A stretch of 64,000 bases of DNA from Carcharhinus amblyrhynchos (taxonomy: Eukaryota). The stretch lies in the NCBI GenBank assembly GCA_965287045.1, contig OZ336876.1, positions 4,526,001 to 4,590,000 on the forward strand, in the 5' to 3' direction. The position numbers were made by a program, and so were the translations under genes. Of the stretch, positions 23,996 through 37,272 are shown one piece after another (position 1 is the stretch's first letter; each line of letters begins with the position of its first letter). The notes under the pieces are model-generated. The model saw only the letters and a program-made list of their open reading frames with translations, ran no database searches and had not been told where the DNA came from.

Positions 23996-25378
23996 TTGTA
24001 GGTAAAATGTTAGAATCCGTCATCAAGGAGGAAATAGCGAGACATCTTGAGGGGAATTGCTTGATAGAGCAGCCGCAGCACGGTTTCGTTAAAGGGAAGT
24101 CGTGTCTGACAAATTTACTGGAGTTCTATGAGGATGTGTCTAGGGCGGTGGATAGAGGAGAGCCGGTGGATGTGGTCTTTCTGGATTTTCAGAAGGCGTT
24201 TGACAAGGTACCACACAAGAGGTTATTGCAGAAGGTCAGGGGACGTGGAGTTGGGGGTAGGGTGTTAGCGTGGATAGAGGATTGGTTGTCAAATAGGAGG
24301 TAGAGAGTGGGGGTCAATGGGTGCTATTCGGATTGGCGGATGGTGACTAGTGGAGTGCCCCAGGGGTCGGTGCTGGGGCCTCAGCTATTTACCATTTATA
24401 TAGATGATCTGGAGGAGGGAACCGAGTGTATGGTGTCGAAATTTGCTGATGACACCAAGATTGGTGGAACGGCAAATTGTGTGGAGGGTGTGGAGAGTCT
24501 ACAGAAGGATCTAGATAGGCTGGGCGAATGGGCCAGGAACTGGCAAATGGAATTTAATGTTGGCAAGTGCGAGGTGGTCCACTTTGGTAGGAATAATGGT
24601 AGGAAGGATTATTACTTACGTGGGGAAAAACTGCAGCAGGCGACGGTGCAGAGGGACCTCGGGGTCCTTGTGCATGAGTCGCAAAAACCCAGCTTGCAGG
24701 TGCAGCAGGTGGTCAGGAAGGCGAATGGGATACTGGCCTTCATAGCGAGGGGGATTGAATATAAAAGTAGGGAGGTCTTGCTGCAGCTGTATAGGGCATT
24801 GGTGAGGCCGCAGCTGGAGTACTGTGTGCAGTTTTGGGCGCCGCACCTGCGCAAGGATATTTTGGCCTTGGAGGGAGTGCAGAGGAGGTTTACTAGGCTG
24901 ATGCCTGAGTTGAGGGGGTTGAGCTATGAGGAGAGGCTGAATAAATTAGGCTTGTACTCGTTAGAGTTTAGAAGAATGAGGGGAGATCTCATTGAGACGT
25001 GTAAGATGATGAATGGGATGGATAGGATAGAGGTGGAGAGACTCTTCCCGCTCAGAAAGGATAGTAGGACTAGGGGGCACAGCCTCAAGATAAAGGGGGA
25101 AGGGGCGGTTTAGAACGGAGTTGAGGAGGAACTTCTTCACTCAAAGGGTGGTGAATCTCTGGAATTCTCTGCCCGTTGAAGTGGTGGAGGCTACCTCGCT
25201 AAATGTTTTTAAGACGCGGGTTGATGGGTTTTTGATAGGCAAGGGGATTAAGGGTTATGGGGAGAGGGCGGGAATGTGGAACTGAGCCACGACAGATCAG
25301 CCATGATCTTATTGAATGGCGAGGCAGGCTCGAAGGACTAGATGGCCTACTCCTGCTCCTATTTCTTATGTTCTTATT
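23996..25378 (+). mobile_element. CR1 LINE, young subfamily, 5'-truncated
   Basis: RT motifs [30 protein letters not shown]; in-frame TAG 24301-24303; frameshift about 25100; tail tttcttatgttcttat. Confidence 0.95.
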
Positions 25379-25999
25379 AGCATGTTGCTGATACGTGCTT
25401 AACCCGACACACGTAATGTATTTCAGTAATTGTTAAGAACCCGCTATAAATTTAAACCCATCAATTTCAGTGTTTGCAAATCTAAATGAACATTTTATTT
25501 TCTTCAAGGTTTCACATTTTTCAGCTGTATCCCTGTGGAAGTTGTATTTCTCACCTACATTCTCTCCCCCTGCGATGAATTCCGTATCAGGAATTCAACA
25601 CCTTTTCCCTTCCTTTCGTTCCTCGCCGCTGTGATTTCCTCTAATCCACAGCTCTGCGAGACAGCCGCGGCAGACACCCGAGCATCTTTAAGTCAGCCAG
25701 ACTGCACATCCTCGGAATTTAATCTTTCATTATTTGTTATTCATAATTTCGGCTGCAGGGACTTAACCATATGAATTCCGTACCCCGTCCTATTTATCTT
25801 AGTGGGTATTTCTTCCAATTTGTTCTCATTCATTATGTGGATGGTTAAACCAGAGGATGGGTGGCGGGGTGGGGGAGGGGGGGAGAGGTGGAAAAACCTA
25901 CCTTCCTCTTCGGAATTAAGGAAGGGCAGGTGAAAGAAGTGTTCGTGTGGGATCACTTTGGGACCAACCATTCACTTAAAGATAGCTATGGAGAATGAT

Positions 26000-26500
26000 A
26001 AGACTGGCCCAAAAGTTAAAATTCCAATTTGGGCCCAGCGAATTTCGATGGTATTAGACAGGAACTTTATAAATTTGATTGTTGGGGTCTCTGGACAGGC
26101 AGAGGGTAAGTATAATGTTTTCAAAAGTGTGTTAACTATGATCCCGTGAGAGCACATTCACTTTAGAGTGAAGGGAAAGGTTGGTGGCAGCGGTAAACCT
26201 TGGATGACTCGGGATGTCGGTCTGGTCACAAAGAAGAAGGAGGCATATGACAGCAAAGGCAGCCTGGATTAAGTGCATCCCTTGAAGAGTACCGAGGGTA
26301 TCGGAATAGGATAAAGAGAGAAACCAGGGCGCCAAACATGGGCCAGAAATTTTCTTTTGTGGATAGATCAATGGAGAATCCAAAGAGCTTCTCTGAGAAC
26401 AAAAATGTCAAAGAAGATCTGGGCAGAAAATATAACCTCTTAATTGTCAACAAGGTCGTCTATGTGCGGATCTAAAAGAGATGAGTGAGGTCCCAAGTTC
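26000..26500 (+). mobile_element. Old CR1 ORF2 inter-domain fragment
   Basis: KPWMTRDV and ENPKSF motifs. Confidence 0.6.
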
Positions 26501-27208
26501 ACTATTTCGTCAATTCAGCAGCACTCCACCAAACTTCCTCTAAATGAAATTGATGCAACAGAGATTTAATCTCATCACATTCCAACAGCGAAAAACATAA
26601 ATGCGCTGGAGTCAGTGACTTTTAATATGAAGTTGGAACCACATGTTTTTGTTTGATTTTCGAAAAATAAATTGATATTTCTACATTTTCAAACATGAAA
26701 TTGCTGCCCGTACCAAAATGATTCAGAAATTACTTCTACACCAATATATCTATCCTTGTCTTCCCACACCATGTCAGTAAAGCAAAAAAAAAATCACTTC
26801 AGTCCACAATTCGTTTGAAACGAAACGATGTTTCCCAGCGAGTAAGGTTAAAACCTCCATAAGTTAACTGATTCTGCTCATATCAGAGGTGATGTTTTGT
26901 AGCGGCCGTGAACCCTGGTAGACCACAAATATTCCTGTTAAATAAACTTGAGTAGACTACTGCCAGAACATTAACTATACAGACTGACAGTTACTCCTTT
27001 GCTAGCTGTTTCCGTTGAGCGCAGTGTTCTAGTTTATGAAGACGGAAATATTGAAGTTGTGTTTTTTCTACATATGATAATGTGCACATTGTTTATACAT
27101 AACCTGTCTTTTGGATATAGAGAATTCTTAATATCTGGGCTCAGGTGATAATATGTGATCACTGATTTCACATACATTCATTTTCCATTGTCCGTCATTA
27201 TCTTACAA

Positions 27209-27965
27209 ATAATTTAGTGGCGATTGTGATAATGTCACGAGGCAATTACAACTTTCCAGCAGCACTATTCGTTACTTGGTGGCCATGCTGTGTTGGCCCT
27301 TTTGGGGATTATCACTGAAGTCTGATTGGTGCAGACTTATCCTTATTATTTCGCGGGATGTTTTCTAGAAATCACCCGTTTATGTAGTTTTGTCACTGTC
27401 CAAATTCGAGCATCAAATGATTGTTCTGTCTGTAACTTTCTCCTTTGACCGACTTGTCACCGGTTGTTGTTTAAAACTGAAAACCAAATAATGCACCAAA
27501 AAAAGATCTGTGGCTCTGGTCCTAACAATGCCTTGAATTCTTGTTTGTTTAAAAACATTCCATTGCACTTTGTAATCGAACCTTAATAAGTAATAGAATA
27601 TTGTTTTGTGATTCAGAATCAGACTACTTTGACTGAGCCAGGAGAAATGGGATTTGACTTGTTTATTACGACTTTAACTCGATTGCTCCTATTCACGTCA
27701 ATTACGTTGCTCAACGCATTGACAGTTAGACACATTCTGTTGGTCAATGATGTTCGTAAGGAACTGAAGAGCCAGAACAAGGCAGGTCATCACAATGATC
27801 CATAAATGGACAGCGGAAAAGTATCCGTCATTTTACTATTCACAATATCTCGACGTTTCATATTTATGTGGTCTATTTATGTAATACATTTCTTGTATTA
27901 CAACATAACAGCAACAAATCCTGACGATTGCAATGAACCGTTATATATATTTTTCAACTGGTTGG
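27209..27965 (+). pseudogene. GPR139-like GPCR pseudogene, exon 2 (TM1b-TM6; TM7 missing)
   Basis: NLVAIVIMSRG, RYLVAM, FLEITRLCS, DCSV, FSFDRLVTGCC, LLNALTVRHIL, ILLFTIS..FIFMWS, collinear with 17379-18100. Acceptor mutated to TTACAA; multiple stops and frameshifts. Confidence 0.9.
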
Positions 27966-28434
27966 ATCTCCGGGGTTTCTTGAACAATGGATGTTTGGCT
28001 AATCTCAGGAAGTCTTTTGAGGCCAAGAAGGCTTCCTTAGTTATGTTAATCCTCTCCTTAGGTGTTTCTATAGAGGCTTCCCGATATCACTTGATTAGGT
28101 CAGTGGTGCTGATTTGATTAGATGAGGGTGTACTTTTAATTTAGTTTCCGTTGGTGCTATCCTGTCTGGTTCCTTTTGTGTGTTAGACCTTGTCTGTATT
28201 TTAAAAGCATGTCCTTTGCCTGCTTGTCTGGATCTGTTCCCTTGTGATCTTTAATGGAGGGGTTCTGAGTGCAGTTTAGTCTGTTTCATATTATATACCT
28301 AACTTCAGAAATTTATTGTCCGCTAACATTTTGGTAAGATCACCTGTTTCTGTGTCATGAAAACCTCAACAGGTTTGACAACATCTGTGGAGAAAGTAAA
28401 GCCAACATTTGGAGTCTGGGTGACCCTTCATGTT

Positions 28435-28790
28435 TCATGTGTCTGTGTATCTGTTTGTTTGTGATTGTGTCTGAGAGAGATGTCACCTAGAGATTTCTAT
28501 GTGTGTTTCTCTCTACATGTCAGTACATGGGTGTCTCTATGGGTTTCAGTGTATCTGGGGAAAAAAAAAGGTCTGTTTCTCTCTGGCTGCCTGTAAGTGT
28601 GTGTGAATGTGTGCTTCTCAGTTTGTGCCTGTATCTGTTGTGTTTGGGTGTAGTGGATATGGGTTGTATGCATCTTTGTATAACTATGTGGCTGTATATC
28701 TGTCTGTGTTTTTATGACTACGTATTTCTTTCTGTGTCAGTGCCTGTATGACATATTGTGTTTGTGTGAGAGTGTGAGTCTCAGTGACTG
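28435..28790. repeat. Degenerate TG-rich simple repeat
   Basis: tgtgt/gtgtct runs throughout. Confidence 0.6.
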
Positions 28791-28997
28791 ACATTGAGAT
28801 TATTAAGCAGAAGCATATTTGGAACAGAATCACTAACCAACCTGTGCATTTGGGATGTTAATAGTTAATAAAACAATTTAAGTATCATTTATCCTCTGTG
28901 TGTTTGTGTGTAAGGAATGGTCATTCTCTTTTGCCATAATCAACATTAAAACTTCTCCTGACAAATATTGAGGTTTATAACTGGCAGGGTAAATTTA

Positions 28998-29168
28998 AGC
29001 TAAGAATAGATACATTTTTGAACAGTAAAGGAATTAAGGGTTATGGTGAGCAGGCAAGTAAGTGGAGCTAAGTCCACAAAAAGATCAGCCATGATCTTAC
29101 TGAATTCTGGAGCAGGCTCGAGGGGCCAGATAGCTTACTCCTGCTCTGAGTTCTTATGTTCTGATGTA
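28998..29168 (+). mobile_element. CR1 3' tail
   Basis: ggaattaagggttatgg..agatcagccatgatct..ttcttatgttct. Confidence 0.8.
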
Positions 29169-29529
29169 AGCGTGGAACATTTAGATTTCAAATTGAGCTG
29201 TTCTCTCACCATAGTCTGTGGAATTGTAGATCGAGAGCTACAAAATGCAAATAGGTTGTTTAGATCTTTCTGGTTGAGTGCAGACACAATGTGAATAAAG
29301 TTTGTAAAGTTATAAAATACTAAAATACGTGCCATAAAATGATTGTGTTTTCAATAATCAAAAAATCAGTCTGTTGAGACAATTATCTTGGAAACATTTA
29401 AAAGACTAAACATTGACAATGTCTGATACACAAGTTAAATTTACTCACTTCCATTCTGAATGGGATTAGTGTCTGATAACTGCATTATATTCTGAGATAA
29501 TCCATAACTACAATCTCTGTTTTGCAGAG

Positions 29530-29880
29530 GTTTATAAGCAAGGAGCATAGATCAAATTAATAGCCAAGGTCTTTTTTCCTCCAAGCCTGGGAGTCCAAAA
29601 CCAGAGCGTATAGGTTTAAGGTATGAGGGGGAAGATTTAAAAAAAGAATCTTCTCACACAGAGGATGGTGCATAAATGGAATGAGCTGCCAGAAGAGTTG
29701 GCAGAGGCAGGTACAATTACAGCATTTAAAAGGTATTTGGACAGGTACACGGGTAGGAAAAGTTTAGAGGGATATGGACCAAACACAGCCAAATGGGACT
29801 AATTTAGTCTAGGAAACCTAGTCGGCAGGGGTGAGTTGGGCTGGAGGATCTGTTTCGGAACTGTATATTTGTATGACCCA
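29530..29880 (+). mobile_element. CR1 3' end, different subfamily
   Basis: F.SHRGWCINGMS/WNELPEE region; ggtatttggacaggtac. Confidence 0.75.
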
Positions 29881-30742
29881 TACCTCCCATAGGGAATGAG
29901 GGAGCAGGATTCGTGGACAGTGTTTGGTGATAATGGGTAAATGCACCAGCTGAGGTTCTTACTGTAAACTTTAATCCCTGACAATATTGTTCAAACTTCA
30001 GCAACCAGTTCCCAGGTGCAGATGTGGGAGTTACTGAACTTGTCTGTAGCTCAAGAAGGGCAACACCTGCAGTAGCTATGAGCAACCAGTAGATGGTGGC
30101 ATTGTATCACTTTAACTGCAAGCGAGTGACAAAAGTTTGAGGAAATGCTTGTGGAGCCTTTAATTCATTCACACTGACAGACAGGAATCTCTGACAAGGC
30201 CTTTACCAATCTACCCTCTGCTGGATACTGTCAGAATCGCATTTGTACACTTCTCTCTGGAGAATTATCTTAGCTGCTTCCTTATGAAAAGAGAATGAAG
30301 ACTTTGGTGCTGACAACACATTGCCGTTTAAACAATGGTTTCCAAAAATCTTTCCTTCAATGTGGAGGCCAAAACTGCGTACAGTTGACCAGCTGGAATC
30401 TCAACCAAACCAGGTAAGCAGGAAAGTCACTGCCTGGCTGATGGGCTGATGAAATAGGGAGGGAGGGATAAAGGGTTTGGAAGGGGCTGTCGAAGATGTT
30501 CACAATTCAGGAATTCACTGTGACTGGTAGAGCAGCAATATTTAGAAGTTAAAATGTTCACACATCCATACGTAGTCCCCGTCTGGATTCCTGCAGGGTC
30601 TCTTTCCATTTGGATTGAACTGATTTCCTCCCAGCCTGAAACAGATTAAAGATGGAACAGAAAATAAGGACATTGAATAGCAGTTTAAGTAACAAGAAGC
30701 AGAGTTGAAGTTTGAGCTTTCATTAGAACTGGGAAGTGGCAG

Positions 30743-32928
30743 TGAACATAAGAAATAGGAGCAGGAGTAGGCCATCTAGCCCTTCGAGCCTGCCCCGCCA
30801 TTCAATAAGATCATGGCTGATCTGTCGTGGCTCAGTTCCACTTTCCCGCCCTCTCCCCATAACCCTTAATCCCCTCTCTTATCAAAAGCCCATCAACCCG
30901 CGTCTTAAAAATATTTAGCGAGGCAGCCTCCACCACTTCAATGGGAAGAGAATTCCAGAGATTCACCACCCTTTGAGTGAAGAAGTTCCACCTCAACTCC
31001 GTTCTAAACCGCCCCCCCTTTATCTTGAGGCTGTGCCCCCTAGTCCTACTGTCCTTTCTGAGCGGGAAGAGTCTCTCCACCTCTATCCTATCCATCCCAT
31101 TCATCATCTTATACGTCTCAATGAGATCTCCCCTCATTCTTCTAAACTCTAACGAGTACAAGCCTAGTTTATTCAGCCTCTCCTCATAGCTCATCCCCCT
31201 CAACTCCGGTATCAGCCTAGTAAACCTCCTCTGCACTCCCTCCAAGGCCAAAATATCTTTGCGCAGGTGCGGCGCCCAAAACTGCACACAGTACTCCAGC
31301 TGCGGCCTCACCAATGCTCTGTACAGCTGCAGCAAGACCTCCCTACTTTTATATTCAATCCCCCTCACTATGAAGGCCAGCATCCCATTCGCCTTCCTGA
31401 CCACCTGCTGCACCTGCAAGCTGGGTTTTTGTGACTCATGCGCAAGGACCCCTAGGTCCCTCTGCACCATCGCCTGCTGCAGTTTTTCCCCACGTAAGTA
31501 ATAATCCTTCCTACCATTATTCCTACCAAAGTGGGCCACCTCACACTTGCCAACATTAAATTCCATTTGCCATTTCCTAGCCCATTCGCCCAGCCTATCT
31601 AGATCCTTCTGCAGACTCTCCACACCCTCCGCACAATTTGCCGTTCCCCCAATCTTGGTGTCATCAGCAAATTTCGACACCCTACACACTTGGTTCCCTC
31701 CTCCAGATCATCTATATAAATGGTAAAAAGCTGAGGCCCCAGCACCGACCCCTGGGGCACTCCACTAGTCACCATCCACCAATCCGAATAGCACCCGTTG
31801 ACCCCCACTCTCTGCCTCCTATTTGACAACCAATCCTCTATCCACGCTAACACCCTACCCCCAACTCCATGTCCCTCGACCTTCTGCAATAACCTCTTGT
31901 GAGGTACTTTGTCAAACGCCTTCTGAAAATCTAGAAAGACCACATCCACCGGCTCTCCTCTATCCACTGCCCTAGACACATCCTCATAGAACTCCAGTAA
32001 ATTTGTCAGACACAACTTCCCTTTAATGAAACCGTGCTGCGTCTGCTCTATCAAGCAATTCCCTTCACGATGCCTCGCAATTTCCTCCTTGATGACAGAT
32101 TCTAACATTTTACCTACCACAGACGTTAAATTAACCGGCCTATAATTCCCCGCCTTTTGCCTGGCACCCTTCTTAAACAACGGCGTAACATTAGCCGTTT
32201 TACAATCCTCCGGCACTTCCCCGGAATCCAGCGACGTCTGGAAAATAACCACCAAGGCATCCACAATAACCTCCGCCGTTTCTTTCAGAACCCTCGGATG
32301 CATTCCATCCGGTCCTGGGGACTTGTCCACAATCAGCCCCTCCAGTCTGTCGAGCACCACCTCTCTAGTAACAGTAATGTCATTAAGACCCTCCAGTCCT
32401 ACCACCTTTCCATCGCTAACACCCGACAAATTATTCACGTCCTCCTCCGTGAAGACAGAAACAAAAAAGTTATTCAATACCTTAGCCATATCCCCATCCC
32501 CTACCACTAGGTCCCCTTTCTCATCCTCTAAACGACCAACGTTCACCCTAGCCAGCCTCTTCCTTTTTATATATTTATAAAAGCTCTTGCTATCCTTTTT
32601 TATATTAAGCGCTAGCCCAGCTTCATATTTTTTCCTACCCTTCTTTATCAACTTCTTTGTCAATCTTTGTTGACATTTAAACCTCTCCCAATCCTCTTCT
32701 CGCCCACTACTCTTAGCTACTCTAAATTCCTCCGCTTTTAATTTAACACTTTCCTTCACCTCCTTCGTTATCCATGGCTTATTACCTCTCTTCCTACGGT
32801 CCTTTTTGACCATCGGAATAAATTTCCGCTGAGCACCAAGAAAGATCTCCTTAAAGATCCTCCACTGCTCCTCAGCAGACCCTCCCTCCAACGCGCTCCC
32901 CCAGTCCACACTCGCCAATTCTTCTCTC
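30743..32928 (-). mobile_element. CR1 LINE, young subfamily, 2.2 kb, 5'-truncated
   Basis: ORFs 31599-32987 and 30832-31689 give a full RT with one frameshift at about 31690 ([25 protein letters not shown]). Inserted in a Penelope-like fragment. Confidence 0.96.
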
Positions 32929-33108
32929 AATTGACAGGTTTGAAGTGACAGCAGTGGGTGACTGGGGAAAAAACAAGGAAAGGACAAAATTGAATTGAGT
33001 AGAGTGATTAAATATCAAAAAGGGATGACAGAACAAGACAAAAAACACAGGATCCCCTTGTCCTCACTCAGAGTGGCTAGAGAGGAACGTGACATGTACA
33101 ATGGATTG

Positions 33109-33670
33109 TGTTATGTTTGTGGGGCATAGGCCCTTTAAGAGAACAGGTCAGCTGATCCTGGGTTTGGGGTGACCTACCGGGAATTGGCCCTTTCAGATCG
33201 GTCCTTTCAGGTCAGTTGTCTGCTGCGGAGTGAAGTGAGTAGGGTTTTCAGTAAACCATTGTCATTCCTGAGGCCTGCCTTGGAGCGATTTGGAGGGATT
33301 ACTCACAGTAGTCTCAGACTTAACATTGGTGAAGACACGCTGTCCATTTTGATGGCCGTAAGGCAAGAGCAGGGACTTTCGCCACGGACCTTTGAGGGAA
33401 AGAGTACCAAAACAATTGGAGGGCAGATAGGCACTCAAAAGGCATCAGGAAGAGTGTAGGAAGGCAACAAGCACGTGGACTCGGGTGCCACCACGGAACT
33501 GCTCTCTACAACCGTCACTGACATCTGGGGTCTGCGGGGCAACTGAAGGATTCCTTTGGTCACCGGGTGACCACAGTTAGCAGAAGAGTCACCACTGGTG
33601 GAACAAGCTTCTGGTGTAGTTTTCAGAGGGAGGAGAAATGTCAGGGAAGTTTGGGATCACTAGGATGTTT
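33109..33670 (+). mobile_element. Possible LTR 5' portion
   Basis: Starts TGTTATG with ccctttaag; a CATAACA end exists at 35958 but no TSD matches. Confidence 0.3.
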
Positions 33671-33674
33671 GATG

Positions 33675-33960
33675 AAGAGGACACGGGTTAAGGGTGAAGG
33701 GGGAAAAGTTTAAAAGGGAATATTGGCGGGGGCGGGGTTCTTCACACAGAATGGAGGGAGTGTGGAATGAGCTGCCAGATGAAGTGGTGAATGCCGGCTC
33801 ACTTTTAACATTTAAGAAAAACTTGGACAGGTACATGGACGAGGGGAGTGTGGAGGGATATGGTCCATGTGCAGGTCAGCAGAATTAGGCAGAAAAATGG
33901 TTTTGGCACAGCCAAGGGCCAAAAGGCCTGTTTCTGTGCTGTAATGTTCTATGGTTCTAA
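33675..33960 (+). mobile_element. CR1 3' end
   Basis: KGEKFK..WNELPDEVV..FKKNLDRYM; ttctatggttct tail. Confidence 0.85.
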
Positions 33961-34682
33961 ATTGCCTTGAAAGTTCAAACTTCAGTTGGGCAATTGCTCT
34001 GAAATAAGAAACATCTGAGTTCGAATTAAGTTGCAAGTTTCAGATTGTTCCCACTGTCTTACAGTAAGACCACCCCAGAAAAATGTTAGAACAATTAAAA
34101 CTTTTCTAACTCCTGAGTAACTATAGATATGACCATTGCAACCACCCTAGAGACACCCCCCAATTGTCCTGACTCCTCCATGACAACCCCCCAGATGGCA
34201 ACCCACCTCCCTGACTCATCCACATCTCATGCTAACTAAAGTTCCCAGCACAGTTATGCTCTCAACCCTGTAAAAAAAAAGGCAGGTATTTCTTTACGTT
34301 CAACTCTCCCGCACTATACTGAAGAGGCTGAATTTTCAGACCTTCCCTCTACCAGGATCATCCTATCTTGCCAAAGGTGACCCCGTGGTGGGTTGATGGG
34401 TGGTGGAAGGTGTGAGCAACACAAAGCACCATACACACTGGTGGGACTGCAAGTTCCAGCCAGCAGTCAACGGCGAGTGCCCGGGTCAGAAGGTAGGCTG
34501 AGAAATATGCAGCTGCATTTGAGGATAAATTGCAAGTAGCAGTTTGGCAATCTGACTCTGATTTTCACCCCATGTCACTGATAATAATGGACACTTTATA
34601 TATTATACTAATAATGGTGCTCAAAATATACTGACAAATATCCAGTTATTACAAACATATTCTCACACCATCTGGAACTTAC

Positions 34683-34852
34683 TGTGGATTCTGTATTTTA
34701 CAGTCTGATTTCCTTAGAGCCACTGAAAGTAGTTGCACTCCCGAATCTCCCAGTTTATTACAACACAGATTCAGATTAATGAGTGACTAATTTGCACTGA
34801 GAACAGAGGCCACGTCCTTAGTACATATTCTGCAAGCTTGTTAACATTCAGA
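34683..34852 (-). pseudogene. NLR pseudogene, ribonuclease-inhibitor-type LRR exon
   Basis: TTCAG acceptor and GTAAGT donor; reads ..CTKDVASVLSAN*SLINLNLCCNKLGDSGVQLLSVALRKSDCKIQ. It is 170 bp, one short of the canonical 171-bp NLR LRR exon, and has an in-frame stop. Confidence 0.9.
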
Positions 34853-35982
34853 CTGAAGATCAGAGAGAGAAAAAAAACAGGAATCAGTGTAAATCCCCAG
34901 CGTTTTTAAGAAATACCATTGCCAATAATAATATGGTACACAACTAACACAACTGCCAAGTACTTTTGATGCTGCAAGTTTGATATTTAACAGAATATGC
35001 TGGAAATATTCAGTGGGTCAGTCAGTATCTTGAAGAAAGAAACCGATTTAATGTTTCAGTTTGATGAGTTTTAATTAGAACTGGGAAAGAGCAGTGAATT
35101 AAATTGTTTTAAGTGATAGGAAAATGGGGATGAATGGCAAGGAAAGAAAAAACTGGAAGTGTAGGAGTGATTAAATGACAAAAAGGATCGTGGTGAGATA
35201 GAAAAACCACAGGATTTTCATGTCTGTAACCTGGAGTCACTAGGGAGGGAAATGGGATGGTCAGTGGCTCGAGTGGAACTGTTAGTGGGGATGATGATAA
35301 TGGTGGCAAATTTACCAAAATTTGGACCGGAATGTTTGCTAACAGGGAATCCAGACGTCTGAAGTAATCCAAAGGTTGCTGACATTTTCATACAGCGTGT
35401 AAAACAATGATGTTCTGTTGGCATGGCTGGGTACATGGTTGTGTGGAAGTTTGAATGCACATGACAATCCAAGGCTGAGGAAAGGTGAAATAAAGCATTG
35501 AAATCCTGACAGGAAGCATCATTTGAGAAAGGATTCCAAAACATTTTTGACAGTGGAGTTTGGCAGTTTAGCTCTTTGGAGAGCAAGAAGACCTTCTCGC
35601 TATCATAAGACGTGTGCCCTGAAGGAACTTCTTCAGAGAGGACAATGAGGTTAGATTCTACATTCAAAAAATAGTCCAAGCCAGTTTTTTCTAATACCTG
35701 GTATTATCTACTTTTAGTTAGCTAAATAATTAGAGTTAATTTTCAATTAAGGATTAAAGTTCAGTAAAATAGTTAGAAGTGTTACATCTGTTAAAGTTTA
35801 AGTTAGTACCTGAACCGTTAAATAAACGGAGAATAAATGAAGAGCCGACTCCTGTCCTTGTTTCTCTCATGAAACTGGAATGCTTGGAGGGTGTTTGAAT
35901 TAATAGCTGAGTAATAAAATGTTGATTGCCCACTCAGGGTGGGCCCCAATCCATAACAGAGGCAGGTTCAATCTTTTTAATG

Positions 35983-36263
35983 TTTAAAGTTTATGTATTA
36001 GTGTCACAAGTAGGCTTACATTAATTCTGCAATGAAGTTACTGTGAAAATCCCCCAGTTGCCACACTCCAGCACCTAATCAGGTACATTGAGGAAGAATT
36101 TAGCATGGCCATGTGCATCTAACCAGCACATCTTTTGGACTGTTGGAGAAAGCCTAAGCAGACATGGGGAGAATGTGCGGTCTCCGTACAGACAGTGACC
36201 CAATCCAGGAATTGAACCAGAGTCCCTGGCATTGTGAGGCAGCAGTGCTAACCACTGTGCCAC
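35983..36263 (-). mobile_element. V-SINE (tail type B)
   Basis: ctaaccactgtgccacc head; gtgtcacaagtaggcttacattaa tail. Confidence 0.88.
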
Positions 36264-36724
36264 CTGCAATCGAGGAAGTCAAGAGGGAATTAGAGATTAC
36301 TTCCACAGAAAAAAAAATACAATGATCACAGGAAAAAGGCAGGAGAATGGCACAAAGTCATAAAGCTAACTTGAAAGCTGCTGCACACAGGATGGCCTGA
36401 TTGGCCTCCTTCTGAACCTGTAATAAATCAATGATTCTGTGATAAAACTGCAGCGGTTCAAGAAGGTAGATTCAAGAAGGCCTAGCCAATAAAGACTACG
36501 TTCCTTGAATGAATAAAAACATTTTGGAATAAATTATAAATAATTACAGCCGTAGGGTCTTGGTACAAAATAAAAAGCATGTTTCACTCTCCCTGAATAG
36601 AACCTACCTGATTATTTATGACGCTAAGAAAGACGTAATTTCTCTTGCATTCAGTACAGCTTACAATCATGTGATTGATTATTAACAGGATTTTTCCCCC
36701 CAGCATTTGTGTTTATTATGGATA

Positions 36725-36988
36725 GAATCAGAATTCCTACATTGCAGGAAGAGGCCATTCAGCCCATCGAGTCTGCACCACCTCTCCAATAGAGCAGTCT
36801 TTCCAGGGCCATCCCCCACCCTATCCCCATAACGCCACTAAATCACCCCACCAATCTACCTACTTGGCACATCTTTGGACTGTGAAAAGCAACCCAGCAC
36901 CCAGAGGAAACTCCAGATAGTCACCAAGGCTGGATTCAAACCTGAATTGCTGGTACTGTGAGGCAGCAGTGCTAACCACAGTGCCTCC
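36725..36988 (-). mobile_element. V-SINE (CR1-type tail A)
   Basis: tagaatc..gaggccattcagcccatcgagtctgca tail; gcagtgctaaccac head. Confidence 0.8.
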
Positions 36989-37272
36989 CTATTATAAGAT
37001 GTATTTACAATAACACAATATTATGTAATTGTAAATAAATTTCACAGTTCTTTGCATTTTGAGTCAATGGTCAAACTCTTCAACTCATTACTCAGTAAAC
37101 CAATAACGTTTTAGCAAAGACATTATTATTATTATTTTCCACTCATCCTCTTAGTTCAGAAAGATTTTCTGACTGTGTCCATTTTTGATTGAGTTGGAAG
37201 GTGGTATTGCAAACAAAATAAATGGCTCATCTACAATGAAAGTATCAAGTATGGGAGCAAACAAGCAGTTAC

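Noticed and set aside
33109-35958. Single LTR element bounded by TGTTATG and CATAACA
   Set aside because: No TSD, and the span contains the NLR LRR exon.
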